A DNA stretch of 64,000 nucleotides from a virus (IMGVR_UViG_3300046697_000246:1-64000), one strand, 5' to 3'. Shown: positions 19,773-30,149, counted from the stretch's first letter. The notes: generated from the letters alone by a model not told the origin. Numbers and translations are program-made.

Positions 19773-21287
19773 ATGAATAATCCGAAACTCTCGGCGCTGA
19801 TGGTGACGTATGGCAGAACCGCTCACGTCCAGCGCGCGTTGCAATGTTTCCTCAATCAGGATTATCCGAACAGGGAACTCATCATTCTCAACACCTTCCC
19901 CGGCCAGAAATTGACCGGCGACTTCAAGGATGTCCGAATTGTGAATCTTGATCATCGCCCTCCATCGCTAGGCGCGTGCCGGAACATTGGCGTCAAGGAA
20001 ACAACTGGCGACTTGATCGTTACGCACGACGATGATGATTTAGTATTGCCAAACCATCTTTCCAATTTCGCGGAGCAATTCTCGGAAGGAGAATGGGTTT
20101 GGATGGAAAATCAGTTTTACAGCGAGAAGGGCGCAATCCTGAAATTCATGTCTGGGAGTTACAACACGTTTGCGTTCACAAAAAAGGCGTGGGAAACCGT
20201 TGGCGGATTCAACGAGTTGTCGGTCGGTGAGGATCGTCACTTCGTCAGCCGGGTCACGTCGGCGCTGCCGGGGAAACGAATCACACTTGCGCCGGACAAA
20301 ATCAGCTTCATCTACTGCTGGGCAAATGGCGCCGCACACATATCCGGCCTCGGCGAGGACAAGCGCGGATTGCAACCGGCGTATGTCCGCTCGGAATTGG
20401 ATTTGAAGCGGCGCGTGAAAAACGGCATGGAGCCAATGGGCACCGTCGAATTGAAGCCAGAATCAGTTGACACTCAAAAGATGGCGGATGATTTTCTAGC
20501 GAGCGTCGTCCATCCGGGTGACCCGATGCCGGTTTGCATCGTTGAATTGGGGCGCATCGGTGACGTTATCAATCTCCTGCCGATCTGCAAACATATCGCG
20601 GAGCAATATGGGAAACCGCATCTGATGGTCAGCCGGCCATTTGCTTCTGTGCTGGATGGCGTGAGCTACGTCATCCCTGAAGTGGTGGACATTCCTTACG
20701 AGCATTTGAATGCTGGCGTGGCAGAGGCACAGCGCAAATTTCCAATTGTCATGCGCGGCCAGATTTGGGGCAGCGGGCATCATCAGGAAAAGCAATGCGC
20801 GTCCTACAACGAGGAATCGTGGCGTGAACTTGGATTTCTGAAACACTTCAAAGACCCGGCATTCCCGCTGGTGTTCGACCGGCGCGACGCCAAGCGCGAG
20901 CAGCAGCTTGTGGACAAATTGAAGACGGACAAACCGATGCTGTTGGTCAAGGTGACGGGCGGAATGAGTTCGCCATTTCCAACTGGTGAAAGGAATCTCT
21001 ACGCGATTCGGCAGTATTTTGGCGCGGACTTCAACGTGGTGGATTTGAGCATCGTGCAATGTGAACGAATTTACGACCTGCTGGGTCTGATGGATGTCGC
21101 CGCCGGTTTGATAACCATAGACACAGCGACAATCCACCTTGCCGCCGCCTCGACCGTGCCCGTGCTGGCTATCGTCAATCCGACGCCGTGGGCCGGCACA
21201 ACCCCGCGTTGCAACTGCGTGGCTCGGTTGACCTATACCGAGATTGAAAAGAACCCCAGACTGCTTCTTAAAGCCATCCCGAAATGA
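19773..21287 (+). CDS. glycosyltransferase, GT2 domain fused to GT9-like GT-B domain
   Basis: LMVTYGR...QDYPNRELII...HDDDD; GRIGDVI and ITIDTATIHLAAA heptosyltransferase-like motifs. Confidence 0.8.
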   Translation: MNNPKLSALMVTYGRTAHVQRALQCFLNQDYPNRELIILNTFPGQKLTGDFKDVRIVNLDHRPPSLGACRNIGVKETTGDLIVTHDDDDLVLPNHLSNFAEQFSEGEWVWMENQFYSEKGAILKFMSGSYNTFAFTKKAWETVGGFNELSVGEDRHFVSRVTSALPGKRITLAPDKISFIYCWANGAAHISGLGEDKRGLQPAYVRSELDLKRRVKNGMEPMGTVELKPESVDTQKMADDFLASVVHPGDPMPVCIVELGRIGDVINLLPICKHIAEQYGKPHLMVSRPFASVLDGVSYVIPEVVDIPYEHLNAGVAEAQRKFPIVMRGQIWGSGHHQEKQCASYNEESWRELGFLKHFKDPAFPLVFDRRDAKREQQLVDKLKTDKPMLLVKVTGGMSSPFPTGERNLYAIRQYFGADFNVVDLSIVQCERIYDLLGLMDVAAGLITIDTATIHLAAASTVPVLAIVNPTPWAGTTPRCNCVARLTYTEIEKNPRLLLKAIPK

Positions 21288-22015
21288 ATCCTCCAACTCG
21301 CAGAATCTACCACGCCGTTGAACGGCACGAGGGCGGCGATGCCAGGGTGCAGGCCGCGCAAGCAAGCTGGGACACGCTCTACGAAAACGGCGTCATTCCG
21401 TGCCACTACTGGCGATACGAGCGGACGGCGCTGGAAATCGGAGACCACCGCGCGCTCCCGTTCTTGAAGGACGTTTTGAAATCCGCGATGGATCAGGCTG
21501 GTGATGACGACATCATTTTCTGGACAAACGACGACAACCTTTTGCACCCGCAACTTCCCGAAATCCTTCGATTCTGCGTGTCGGTTTATGATGCTGTTTG
21601 CAGCCAGCGATGCGAGTTCAAGCGGCGCATTCCAGTCAACGCCACAACGGAAGACTGGGTGAAAGCCGCCAGCCCTCACATGGGGTGCGACCTGTTCGCG
21701 TTCAAGAAATCGTGGCTCACACAGCATTGGAACGAAATTCCAGACTTCATTCTCGGTGCCTCGATTTTTGACTTGGCGATGGCCTGCCTGATTCGGTTGG
21801 ACAAGGGCATTATCACCACGCAGCGAAACATTAGGCATCATATTTTTCCCGCCGAACTTCCACTTGGTTACATCGGCCATGTCTGGCATAAATCGTCATG
21901 GAATCTGTCTAAAAACGCAAGATCACCGGCGGAAAAGTGGAATAAAAGACTTTTCCAAGAATGGGCGGTAACGAGGCTTCCCGAATTGAAGTTCGACAAG
22001 TTTGGAAATATATGA
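21284..22015 (+). CDS. putative GT-A fold glycosyltransferase
   Basis: IIFWTNDD, GCDLFAF and HVWH motifs; lies within the GT operon. Confidence 0.55.
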   Translation: MNPPTRRIYHAVERHEGGDARVQAAQASWDTLYENGVIPCHYWRYERTALEIGDHRALPFLKDVLKSAMDQAGDDDIIFWTNDDNLLHPQLPEILRFCVSVYDAVCSQRCEFKRRIPVNATTEDWVKAASPHMGCDLFAFKKSWLTQHWNEIPDFILGASIFDLAMACLIRLDKGIITTQRNIRHHIFPAELPLGYIGHVWHKSSWNLSKNARSPAEKWNKRLFQEWAVTRLPELKFDKFGNI

Positions 22016-22686
22016 AGATTTGCGTCATCAACGCCCACCTGCCGAATTACCAGCAACTCGCTGAATTGACCACCTATGGCAATCGCGCTGATTATTGCCA
22101 TCGCCACGGCTACGAACTAAAAGTGCAGACAGATGGATTCACCGGCGGGATGCAGCACCCTGTTTCATGGGACAGATTCAGATTCATGCGCGACACACTT
22201 GCCGGCGGATTTGACTGGGCGTGGTGTTCCGGCACGGACACTTTGAACACAAACTTCAACATCCGATTGGAGGATTTGATTGATGAAAACTTTCATGTGA
22301 TTGCATCGGCGGAATGGTGCAGCCCGTTTCAGGCTGATTCATTTCTGGTCAGGAACAGCCCGGAGGGACTCGGCTGGATGGACACGATTCTCTCCATGTT
22401 TGACAAATACAAAACCCATACGTGGGTTGAGCAGCAGGCGATAATTGACACACTGCCAGATTTCAAAGGCATTGTGAAACTGCTTCCGCAAAGGGCGATG
22501 AACTCTTACGATTACTGGCTTTACAGGGAAAAATATCCGAAAGAGAATCGTGTTTATTCTGGTGTGGACATCTTTGGCAATGACGGGCAATGGCGGACTG
22601 GCGACTTCCTGATTCACTGGCCTGGATTGCCACTTGAACAGCGCATGGAGTTGGTGAAAAAATATCTTCCGTTCGTAGTGAAATGA
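22012..22686 (+). CDS. GT34-like galactosyl/xylosyltransferase
   Basis: YCHRHGYEL, DSFLVRN, WVEQQAI and GDFLIHWPG motifs. Confidence 0.75.
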   Translation: MKICVINAHLPNYQQLAELTTYGNRADYCHRHGYELKVQTDGFTGGMQHPVSWDRFRFMRDTLAGGFDWAWCSGTDTLNTNFNIRLEDLIDENFHVIASAEWCSPFQADSFLVRNSPEGLGWMDTILSMFDKYKTHTWVEQQAIIDTLPDFKGIVKLLPQRAMNSYDYWLYREKYPKENRVYSGVDIFGNDGQWRTGDFLIHWPGLPLEQRMELVKKYLPFVVK

Positions 22687-23312
22687 AAATCACGCTCATT
22701 TACATCAGCGTTTTGAACAATCGCGGCTTCGATGAATATGCCAAGCGGTTTCTGGTGACTTACGCTTTGTTCCGACCAACGATCCAGCATGAACTCATCA
22801 TCAGAGACGGCGCCGCGGCATGGGACATCGGGACGTTTCAACAGGTGGTGCCGGAGCTTGACTGCGACCTTGCTGTTTGTCTGGGCAGCGCGGCATATTT
22901 CCATCATCAGAACTGGCTGGAGCCATTCGTGGCGGTATTTCAGACCTACGGGCCGGGGTTGTATGGGCCGCAGGCCAGCTACGAGAACCGTCCGCACATC
23001 CGAACCGCCGCCTTTGCAGTTGCGCCCAGAATCATGTGCGATTATCCGGTGAAAGTTCACGCGCCGGACGAGCGTTGGGAGTTTGAATGGGGCGAGCGGA
23101 ACATCACCGCATGGACGTTATCCCGGGGTTGTCCGGTTTTCATGGTGACAAAGGACGGATGCCGCGAACAAACGCAGTGGCGGAACCCGGATAACATCTT
23201 CCGGCGCGGCGATCAATCCAACTGCCTCATCAAAGACCGGCACAACGACATTTACCAGATGGCAACGCCGGCAGAAAAGGCGCGGCTGGAAAAACTTGCG
23301 GACGCCGTATGA
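22683..23312 (+). CDS. putative glycosyltransferase-related protein
   Basis: WDIGTF and PHIRTAAF motifs; coupled within the GT operon. Confidence 0.5.
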   Translation: MKITLIYISVLNNRGFDEYAKRFLVTYALFRPTIQHELIIRDGAAAWDIGTFQQVVPELDCDLAVCLGSAAYFHHQNWLEPFVAVFQTYGPGLYGPQASYENRPHIRTAAFAVAPRIMCDYPVKVHAPDERWEFEWGERNITAWTLSRGCPVFMVTKDGCREQTQWRNPDNIFRRGDQSNCLIKDRHNDIYQMATPAEKARLEKLADAV

Positions 23313-24088
23313 ATCTCAACATCATCACGCTGGTTTTGGACGGTGCTCCATACATCTTCAGGCACCTGCCAATCTTTGAAAAGCTGTCTTGTCCGTGGAG
23401 GTGGCACATCGTTCACGGCGCGGCGGCGAACGTCGGATCAACAGCTTGGTGCAAACCGCAGGAGCCGCGATTGAGCAGGGATGGGACTTCCGAATTCGTC
23501 AACTCGCTCGTGAAGCACTCGAACGTCAGGATTTACCAGAAACAGTTTTGGCGTGGCGGGAAGGATGAAATGGCCAATGCGCCGTTGAAGGGCATCATGG
23601 AGCCGTGTTGTCTGATGCAAATTGATTCGGATGAAATCTGGACTGCCGACCAACTTGATAAAATCGTCCAGACTTTTGAGGCGCGACCGGAGCTTTACCG
23701 AATGTATTTCTGGTGCAATTATTTTCTGGGGCCGGACATTGTTTCTACCTCAATGAATGGGTATGGAAATCGGTATGGTGAGTGGTTGCGCGCCTTCCGC
23801 TTCGTGCCGGGAATGGCGTTTCAAAAGCATGAGCCGCCCGTGCTGGCTGGAAACAGCCGCGGGCTTTCGCTTGGGCGAGACGCAACGCGCGGCATGGGAT
23901 TGGTCTTCGACCATTTTTCGTGGGTGCATGAGCCGACGGTTCGGGCGAAGATGCAATTCTACGGATACGGCGAACGCGGCCTTGCCGGATGGAAAAGGCT
24001 GCAAGAAAACAAAAGCTGGCCGGTTGACTTGCGGCAATTTCTGCCGTTCGTCGGGCCGGGAGCCAGCGCGGACAAGGTGAAAATATGA
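23309..24088 (+). CDS. GT2-like glycosyltransferase
   Basis: SRDGT, QIDSDEIW DxD motif, FDHFSW...KMQFY. Confidence 0.7.
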   Translation: MNLNIITLVLDGAPYIFRHLPIFEKLSCPWRWHIVHGAAANVGSTAWCKPQEPRLSRDGTSEFVNSLVKHSNVRIYQKQFWRGGKDEMANAPLKGIMEPCCLMQIDSDEIWTADQLDKIVQTFEARPELYRMYFWCNYFLGPDIVSTSMNGYGNRYGEWLRAFRFVPGMAFQKHEPPVLAGNSRGLSLGRDATRGMGLVFDHFSWVHEPTVRAKMQFYGYGERGLAGWKRLQENKSWPVDLRQFLPFVGPGASADKVKI

Positions 24089-24996
24089 GCGCCAAACCCA
24101 CCATCGCCTGTGTTGCGCGGTTTGATTTCCCATCATTTTACTGGCTTGGGTTCGTGCCACTATTGGAGTTGGCACAGGATTTAAAAGTCATTATTGACGG
24201 GCGGGACATGGCTTCAAAAGCTGACATCGTTTTCATAATAAAGGGCAGGCCGAATTTGGAATGGGCTGGAATGTTGAAGGCGGGCGGCAAGCGGCTTGTC
24301 TATTGCCCGGCGGACGAGTTCAACAGCGCGGAGGAAATCGCCGAATCTGGAAAGTGGTTGCAGTTTATGGACGTGGTGTTGATCCACTGCGAGCGGTTGA
24401 GGAAATACTTTGCGCCCATTTGCCGCCGGGTCGAGTTTTGCGAGCATCCGGTTTTGTCGAGTCCGGTCAACGCCATGACGCGCGACTCAATCGTGTGGAG
24501 CGGCCAATGCCAAAACCTTCAGCCCGTCATGCAGCATTTGAAGAACAATCTCGACTCCTTTGGAGGACTAAAACTCAAGGTGATGACCAATCTAGAAGTG
24601 AACTGGCGCGAGCCGGAAGGCTTTGACTGGGAGTTCGTGAGCAAGCACGTCGAACTTCTGAATTGGAGTTTTGCCGCCGAGCGCAAGCTGTTCGCATCGG
24701 CAGTCGCCACGCTCGACATCAAGGGTGACTCGTTCAACGCGATGCACAAGCCGCCGCTGAAGGTGAACACGTTTATCTCTTACGGAGTGCCGGTGTGGAC
24801 AAATCCTGAAAGTTACTCGACTGAATATCTACTGAAGAACGGACTGCCCGTTCCAAGTTCGTTTTATGGAATGACTGGAATGACATCAGATTACCGTGTC
24901 GCTTGCTACAACTATGACTGGCAACACATTCTGAAACACTGTTCACCCGCCGCCGTCGCCAATACCTATCGCAACATTTTCAGGCAAATCGCATGA
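24085..24996 (+). CDS. putative GT-B fold glycosyltransferase
   Basis: IVWSG and KPPLKVNTFISYGVPV resemble the GT-B C-terminal domain. Confidence 0.6.
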   Translation: MSAKPTIACVARFDFPSFYWLGFVPLLELAQDLKVIIDGRDMASKADIVFIIKGRPNLEWAGMLKAGGKRLVYCPADEFNSAEEIAESGKWLQFMDVVLIHCERLRKYFAPICRRVEFCEHPVLSSPVNAMTRDSIVWSGQCQNLQPVMQHLKNNLDSFGGLKLKVMTNLEVNWREPEGFDWEFVSKHVELLNWSFAAERKLFASAVATLDIKGDSFNAMHKPPLKVNTFISYGVPVWTNPESYSTEYLLKNGLPVPSSFYGMTGMTSDYRVACYNYDWQHILKHCSPAAVANTYRNIFRQIA

Positions 24997-25646
24997 GCAA
25001 GTTTTACATCTACACTGCATTTTCGAGGGACTACGACAATCTCATGGCGTTGCCGAATGGATTCATTCGAGGTTGCACGCCGGTTGCTTTCGTCAACGGT
25101 CAGACGGCAAACGGCTGGGATGTCCGACTGTTTGAAAACAGAACTGCCACGCAAAAACTCAACGCAAAATTCTACAAGGTGTTGCCACATGTTGTTTTTT
25201 CAGACGCCGACTACTCGCTCTGGATTGATGGCTCGTTCAAGGTGTTCACGCACGACTGCGTCTGGGGCTTGGTTCAGAAATACCTCCAAGATTCAGACAT
25301 CTGCGTTTTCAGGCACCCGAAGCGCAACTCGTGCTACGAGGAGGCCGCTGCGTGCATCGCTCAAAAGTTGGATGACCCGCAAGTGATTTTTGACCAAGCG
25401 GCGCGGTATCAAGCTGACGGGTATCAGGACACCGAACTGTTCGAGTGCTGTGTTATTCTTCGTCGGCGCACTCCGGCAGTGGCACGGTTCAACGAAATCT
25501 GGTGGGATGAGATTGTCAAAGGCAGCACGCGCGACCAAATTTCTTTTGGCTACGCGGCACACAAGGCCGGTCTGAAGGTGTCCACGTTTTACGGTGAGAA
25601 CAAACAGCATTCCGCTGGCTGGATTCAGAAATGGGGACACCGATGA
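24993..25646 (+). CDS. DUF616 (TOD1/MUCI70-like) glycosyltransferase
   Basis: IYTAF..YD, SLWIDGS, HPKRNSCYEE and RDQISF motifs. Confidence 0.8.
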   Translation: MSKFYIYTAFSRDYDNLMALPNGFIRGCTPVAFVNGQTANGWDVRLFENRTATQKLNAKFYKVLPHVVFSDADYSLWIDGSFKVFTHDCVWGLVQKYLQDSDICVFRHPKRNSCYEEAAACIAQKLDDPQVIFDQAARYQADGYQDTELFECCVILRRRTPAVARFNEIWWDEIVKGSTRDQISFGYAAHKAGLKVSTFYGENKQHSAGWIQKWGHR

Positions 25647-26446
25647 CCGCAACGCCCTACAACACCGCTGTCGTCTGCCTGCTCAATTACAAGGAGGGTG
25701 AGATTCCGGCGACCTGCGCCTTTTTCCAGAAGTCGGCGGCGCGGCTGGGCATCTCGCCGATGGTCTTTGGCCGTGGCGATACGTTCGGTTCAAACACCCT
25801 GACCCCGGATCACCCTGAATTCCTGTATCACAATTCGTTCAACGCGAAGGTGACGCGGCTTGCCAAGCATATCGCCACAATTCCGCCTGAATTCAAATAC
25901 ATCCTCTATGTTGACGCCCGCGACTCGCTATTTGTCCGGTCATTGTGGGCAATCTGCGATGAATTCAACCGGACTGGCTGGCCGCTCCTGTTCGGTGCCG
26001 GTCCGATAAATCATCCTCACGTTGACCCCGGCTGGCTGGGCAGGTTCCGCCAGAACAAAACCGGGATTAAGTTCCTGAACGCCGGAGTCTGGATGGCAGA
26101 GCGCGGCGCATTGGAGGAGGCATTCGACAAACTGGAAGTGGTAAGTTCAATGGTGAAGGAAAACGAAATTCCGTCGTCGGCGTCCTTCCTCCATGACAAC
26201 GATCAACACGTCTGGCAGGCCGCTTACGCCGAGGAGATGCTGCCCATCCGGCTCGACTTCGAGCGTCAGATTTTTATGAACATGGATCACTCCGACATCA
26301 GCGACTTCGACTTCTCGAAAAGCACGGAAGACGCGCCGGTTGTGCTGAAGAATGGGTCGAGGCCAAGCATCATCCACTTTCCGGGCATTTCGAGCGTGGC
26401 ACTGCCGTTCTTCGCGTGGTTCTTGAGGATAGCTCCGCTGCCATGA
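25643..26446 (+). CDS. PLOD-type glycosyltransferase domain protein
   Basis: LYVDARD, FLNAGVWM, DNDQ, LDFERQIF and IIHFPG motifs as in the procollagen lysyl hydroxylase GT domain. Confidence 0.7.
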   Translation: MTATPYNTAVVCLLNYKEGEIPATCAFFQKSAARLGISPMVFGRGDTFGSNTLTPDHPEFLYHNSFNAKVTRLAKHIATIPPEFKYILYVDARDSLFVRSLWAICDEFNRTGWPLLFGAGPINHPHVDPGWLGRFRQNKTGIKFLNAGVWMAERGALEEAFDKLEVVSSMVKENEIPSSASFLHDNDQHVWQAAYAEEMLPIRLDFERQIFMNMDHSDISDFDFSKSTEDAPVVLKNGSRPSIIHFPGISSVALPFFAWFLRIAPLP

Positions 26447-27363
26447 AAATCTCCGCTGTAATTCCAGTCGTAAATGACCTGCCAGAGCTTTTAGAAACGG
26501 TCAAGAGCCTGCGCGAGACAGCGCCGGATATAGAAATTGTCGTCGTGGATGATTGCAGCGCCGCTCCTGTGGTCATTCCGCGCGAGCTTGGCGTCGTCCT
26601 GCATCGGAACACCTACCGCATTGGCTCCGGCGCGTCCCGGCACGTCGGCGCGCAGATTGCGACGGGAGATTACATGCTGATCACTGATTCACACTGCCGT
26701 TTTGAGCCGGGCTGGGTCGCCGCTGTTGAGCAAGCGGTCGAAAAACATCCCGGCTCTGTGTTTTGTGGAATCTGCCACGGTTTCACGGCCAAGATTCCTC
26801 CATTTTCGAGGCCATCCGGCGTCTATTACGGCGCGCATCTCCAATTTGTCGGCCACGATCCGAACAATCCGAGCCGTGTTCAAGTTTTGGAAGGAGTTTG
26901 GTCGGGATTGAGGCCAGACGACTGCGAAATCTCATGTCCAATGGGTGCCTGCATAATTGTTCCACAAAAAACATTTCTTCATTTGGGTGGGATGCAGCAT
27001 TTTCGCGTGTGGGGCTGCGAAGAAGTGATGTTGAGCCTCAAATTCTGGCTTTCGGGCGGCGAAGTGCGGCTGTTGCACGGGTTGAAAACTTGGCACCGTT
27101 TCCGCGACGGCGAGAAACTGCCATTCCGTTTGGAATACTGGAATGTGATTTACAACAAGCTGTTCACGATCCACACCATCTTTCCAGACGACATGGCGGA
27201 GCGCATGATTTCGCGGCTGCCAAAGGGGTTCGACTTGAACAAGGCGCAGGAAACGATTCGGAAGGACTGGGGGCTGGTCGAGGCGGAGAAGGCGCGGAAC
27301 AAAACGCTGTTCACGGGAGACGTAAAATGGCTCCAAGAAAAATTTAACGTTCCGCTAATTTAG
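26443..27363 (+). CDS. GT2/GT27 polypeptide GalNAc-transferase-like glycosyltransferase
   Basis: SAVIP, VVVDDCS, DxH motif TDSHC, and VWGCEEVMLSLKFWLSGG resembling the Gal/GalNAc-T motif WGGENxE. Confidence 0.75.
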   Translation: MKISAVIPVVNDLPELLETVKSLRETAPDIEIVVVDDCSAAPVVIPRELGVVLHRNTYRIGSGASRHVGAQIATGDYMLITDSHCRFEPGWVAAVEQAVEKHPGSVFCGICHGFTAKIPPFSRPSGVYYGAHLQFVGHDPNNPSRVQVLEGVWSGLRPDDCEISCPMGACIIVPQKTFLHLGGMQHFRVWGCEEVMLSLKFWLSGGEVRLLHGLKTWHRFRDGEKLPFRLEYWNVIYNKLFTIHTIFPDDMAERMISRLPKGFDLNKAQETIRKDWGLVEAEKARNKTLFTGDVKWLQEKFNVPLI

Positions 27364-27366
27364 TTG

Positions 27367-27395
27367 TTGACACCGTGCCAGATTTGGCATAGTAT
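27367..27395 (+). promoter_or_regulatory. promoter TTGACA-N17-TAGTAT with TGCCA-N4-TGGCA operator in the spacer
   Basis: Read directly from the sequence; operator at 27376-27389. Confidence 0.7.
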
Positions 27396-27422
27396 GACTT
27401 TATGTAAAGACCAACAATCAAA

Positions 27423-27920
27423 TTGTCAGAGTTCCCGCGTGGGATTCCAATGGGTATTTATTTTATACAACTTCCGGCATGGGTGTTTCATGGCGGGATG
27501 CGCGTCTGGTTCAGACACGCAAGCGTTCACGATCACTTCATGAACGATAGCCACTGGTGGCCGGGAGATTTGCCAGAACCCGAATTTAAGCCGACTTCAG
27601 AAGACGTGAAACACGCTTACGATGGGCGCGATAAAAGAACAACGGCAAAAAACTTTTCTAAAACAGTGAAGAACCCAAAACCGGGAAGACCGATCTCGTT
27701 GCTGCACCCCGGCTACGCGGCTACGCGACATAATAAAGGATGCCGGAACCAAAGACTCACCATGAAAAGCCTGTTGAAAAAGAAAGGCGCTACAAACGCC
27801 GAATTAAAAAGGTTGTTTCTTTTGAAGGAACCGACTTCGCGTGTTACCAGACTGAAATTAAAAATCTGCAAACAAGTTGTAAAGAACAATCCCGGAGCGT
27901 TCCAAAAGATAGTTGAATAA
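27423..27920 (+). CDS. hypothetical protein; C-terminal 52 aa (ATG 27762) resembles the portal N-terminus
   Basis: ORF downstream of the promoter; start uncertain. Confidence 0.45.
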   Translation: MSEFPRGIPMGIYFIQLPAWVFHGGMRVWFRHASVHDHFMNDSHWWPGDLPEPEFKPTSEDVKHAYDGRDKRTTAKNFSKTVKNPKPGRPISLLHPGYAATRHNKGCRNQRLTMKSLLKKKGATNAELKRLFLLKEPTSRVTRLKLKICKQVVKNNPGAFQKIVE

Positions 27921-27946
27921 GTTCCAGATTCCGTTATTGTAGCGGT

Positions 27947-29803
27947 GTGGCAGCAAAGAAACAAAAGTGGAGCACCGTCAGCCTGCAACCGCTGACCGGG
28001 CAACTGGACGCGAGGTTTCGTCCGACGGAAACCCCGGACGGGGGACTCAAGGAAAAGCAGAACCTTGCCGTCAGCGAAAACGGGCGGTTGACCCGCAAGT
28101 GCGGTTTCGAGCGTTTGTTTGCCGAAAGCGTTTTTTTACAGGGGCCGTATGCTTCTCAAAATTTAACCGGTTGCATCGCAACCGCCGTTTTGCAGGGTGG
28201 TCAATGGTGGTGTCCATCCTACACCAACTGGGATTTTCACCGGCGCAACGTCACCACGCGCAAGCCCATCACCGGACTTTTTGAAATCACCGGCAGCGAC
28301 AAGGCGCGATACCTTTTTGCCACAACCGAATCAGAGATTTCCGTTTTGAATGAAACGACCGGGCAATGGACGGACATTTACCAAGGGGCGATCACGGGCG
28401 GCAAATTCAGATGCGATATGCTGCAAGACACGGTGGTTTTTACCGACCGGAAAAACGTCATTCTGTCATTTAATCTTGGAGGCACACAGGCAGTTACAAT
28501 TTCTGATTTGCAAAACGTTGGCAGCGACACTCCTTTGACCAACGCGCAAGTTGTCATCCAATACAATGGGCTGATGCTCCTGATGAACACGGTTGAGGGG
28601 GGCGTAAATCATCCAAATCGCGTTCGCAATTCAGATTTGAATCTTCCGTTAAGCTGGTTGGTTGAGGGTGCTGGCGGCGGTTCCATCGCCAACTTTCAAG
28701 ACCTTGCTGCTGGCGAGGAAATTCTGGCTGCAGCAGTGTTGCAAGGCAGCCTCATCATTTACACCAACTGTTCATTATGGACTTGCTATATTTCCGTTGA
28801 CGCTGCCGCCAATACCGCACTGGGCTTCGGTAGAATTTACACCGAGCCAAAAAACAACGCGGGCTGTCTGGTTTATCCCGATTCTCTCGTCAGCACTGGG
28901 GACGCTCATTACTACGCCTCGCGGGAAAGTTTCTACACCTACAACCCGTATCTGCCGACGCCGGAAGCCCCGGAATGGCTGCGACAGGCGACCGGGTTGA
29001 TTTACACGGACAAGAACCGAAAGATTGACCCGGCGTGCTGTTTGGCCATGTGCGCAGAATACCGGCCTCTCACGCATGAAATGTGGATAAGCTGGCCGTC
29101 GGCGGGCAACGCCTGCCTCAACAACCAGTCCATGATTGTCAGCACGAAGTATTTGACCGGGTATTACAACGATGCTGGTTTCACGGCGCTGACGAATTAC
29201 AAACCCAACCCGGCGGCGGGCGCTGACTGCAATGTGTTGCAAATCTTGGTTGCGGCGAGTTCGCAGGATTACGCCTTGAAACAGGCGGGCATGGTTTTGT
29301 TCCGGGAATTTGTTGCACAAACGCCGAGGCCTGGGGATGAGACGCCGTTGGTTTCTGAAAACATCACCGTGCCAGTCTGGTCAACGGTTGGATTCAACAG
29401 TATTCTGCGCGGCATTGTCCCGGTGACACTTTTCGACGTGGAGAAGATCATCCGCAAGGTGATTCTGGGGCAATACACAGCGCCGCAAACAACGCCCTGC
29501 ATCGCGCGACTGCGGATTGGGACATCAGCGCAGTTGACCGACCCGAACAACACGACGTATTGTTCAATCGTCTGGCACACCATCACGCCGGATTTGGTGT
29601 TGAAATGCCCGGAGACATTGACGGCGGATGAATTGGCGGCAGACAACTTGATCCCGTCACTGGAATCAGAGTGGAATTGTTACGAGCGCGGGAAATATAT
29701 TTACTTTGAAATCACGGTGTTGAATGCGGACGGGACTCCGGCCATTGGTGCCGAGACGCATTGGTTCAAGATTGACTTCTCGGTCATGTCTTTGCCTGCG
29801 TAA
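27947..29803 (+). CDS. tail nozzle/DNA stabilization protein (P22 gp10-like beta-propeller)
   Basis: 618 aa, beta-rich; NLAVSENGRLTRKCGF, RVRNSDLN and EMWISWP segments typical of podovirus tail stabilization proteins. Confidence 0.65.
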   Translation: MAAKKQKWSTVSLQPLTGQLDARFRPTETPDGGLKEKQNLAVSENGRLTRKCGFERLFAESVFLQGPYASQNLTGCIATAVLQGGQWWCPSYTNWDFHRRNVTTRKPITGLFEITGSDKARYLFATTESEISVLNETTGQWTDIYQGAITGGKFRCDMLQDTVVFTDRKNVILSFNLGGTQAVTISDLQNVGSDTPLTNAQVVIQYNGLMLLMNTVEGGVNHPNRVRNSDLNLPLSWLVEGAGGGSIANFQDLAAGEEILAAAVLQGSLIIYTNCSLWTCYISVDAAANTALGFGRIYTEPKNNAGCLVYPDSLVSTGDAHYYASRESFYTYNPYLPTPEAPEWLRQATGLIYTDKNRKIDPACCLAMCAEYRPLTHEMWISWPSAGNACLNNQSMIVSTKYLTGYYNDAGFTALTNYKPNPAAGADCNVLQILVAASSQDYALKQAGMVLFREFVAQTPRPGDETPLVSENITVPVWSTVGFNSILRGIVPVTLFDVEKIIRKVILGQYTAPQTTPCIARLRIGTSAQLTDPNNTTYCSIVWHTITPDLVLKCPETLTADELAADNLIPSLESEWNCYERGKYIYFEITVLNADGTPAIGAETHWFKIDFSVMSLPA

Positions 29804-30149
29804 GCTTCAACCACGCTGCCATCTGCCGTTCAAAAGTTCTTCGCGTGATCGGTGACAGGTGTTTGAACTTCACTTTGGCCGTCGCCTGTTTCCGCAAGAA
29901 GGCAACCGCCTTGGCAGTTGAGTTCAGGTCAAAGTTGCAACCACGGCAGAATGGTTTAAGGTGATCCATCGAGCCAGCCCACGTCAAACGGGATGCGATG
30001 CGGGCCACGTTTCGCAGAGACAAGCCAGAAGCGGCGGCAATCTGCGTCAGTGTCAGTCCCTTACCGTGTTCGTCACGCGCAAGTGCGCGCACAAGGAATG
30101 GAGGCCAGTTCTCAAGTTCTTTCACGTCAATCAGCATGAACGCCTCCAT
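29784..30149 (-). CDS. HTH DNA-binding protein
   Basis: LTLTQIAAASGLSLRNVARI helix-turn-helix. Confidence 0.7.
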   Translation of the reverse strand: MEAFMLIDVKELENWPPFLVRALARDEHGKGLTLTQIAAASGLSLRNVARIASRLTWAGSMDHLKPFCRGCNFDLNSTAKAVAFLRKQATAKVKFKHLSPITRRTFERQMAAWLKLTQAKT

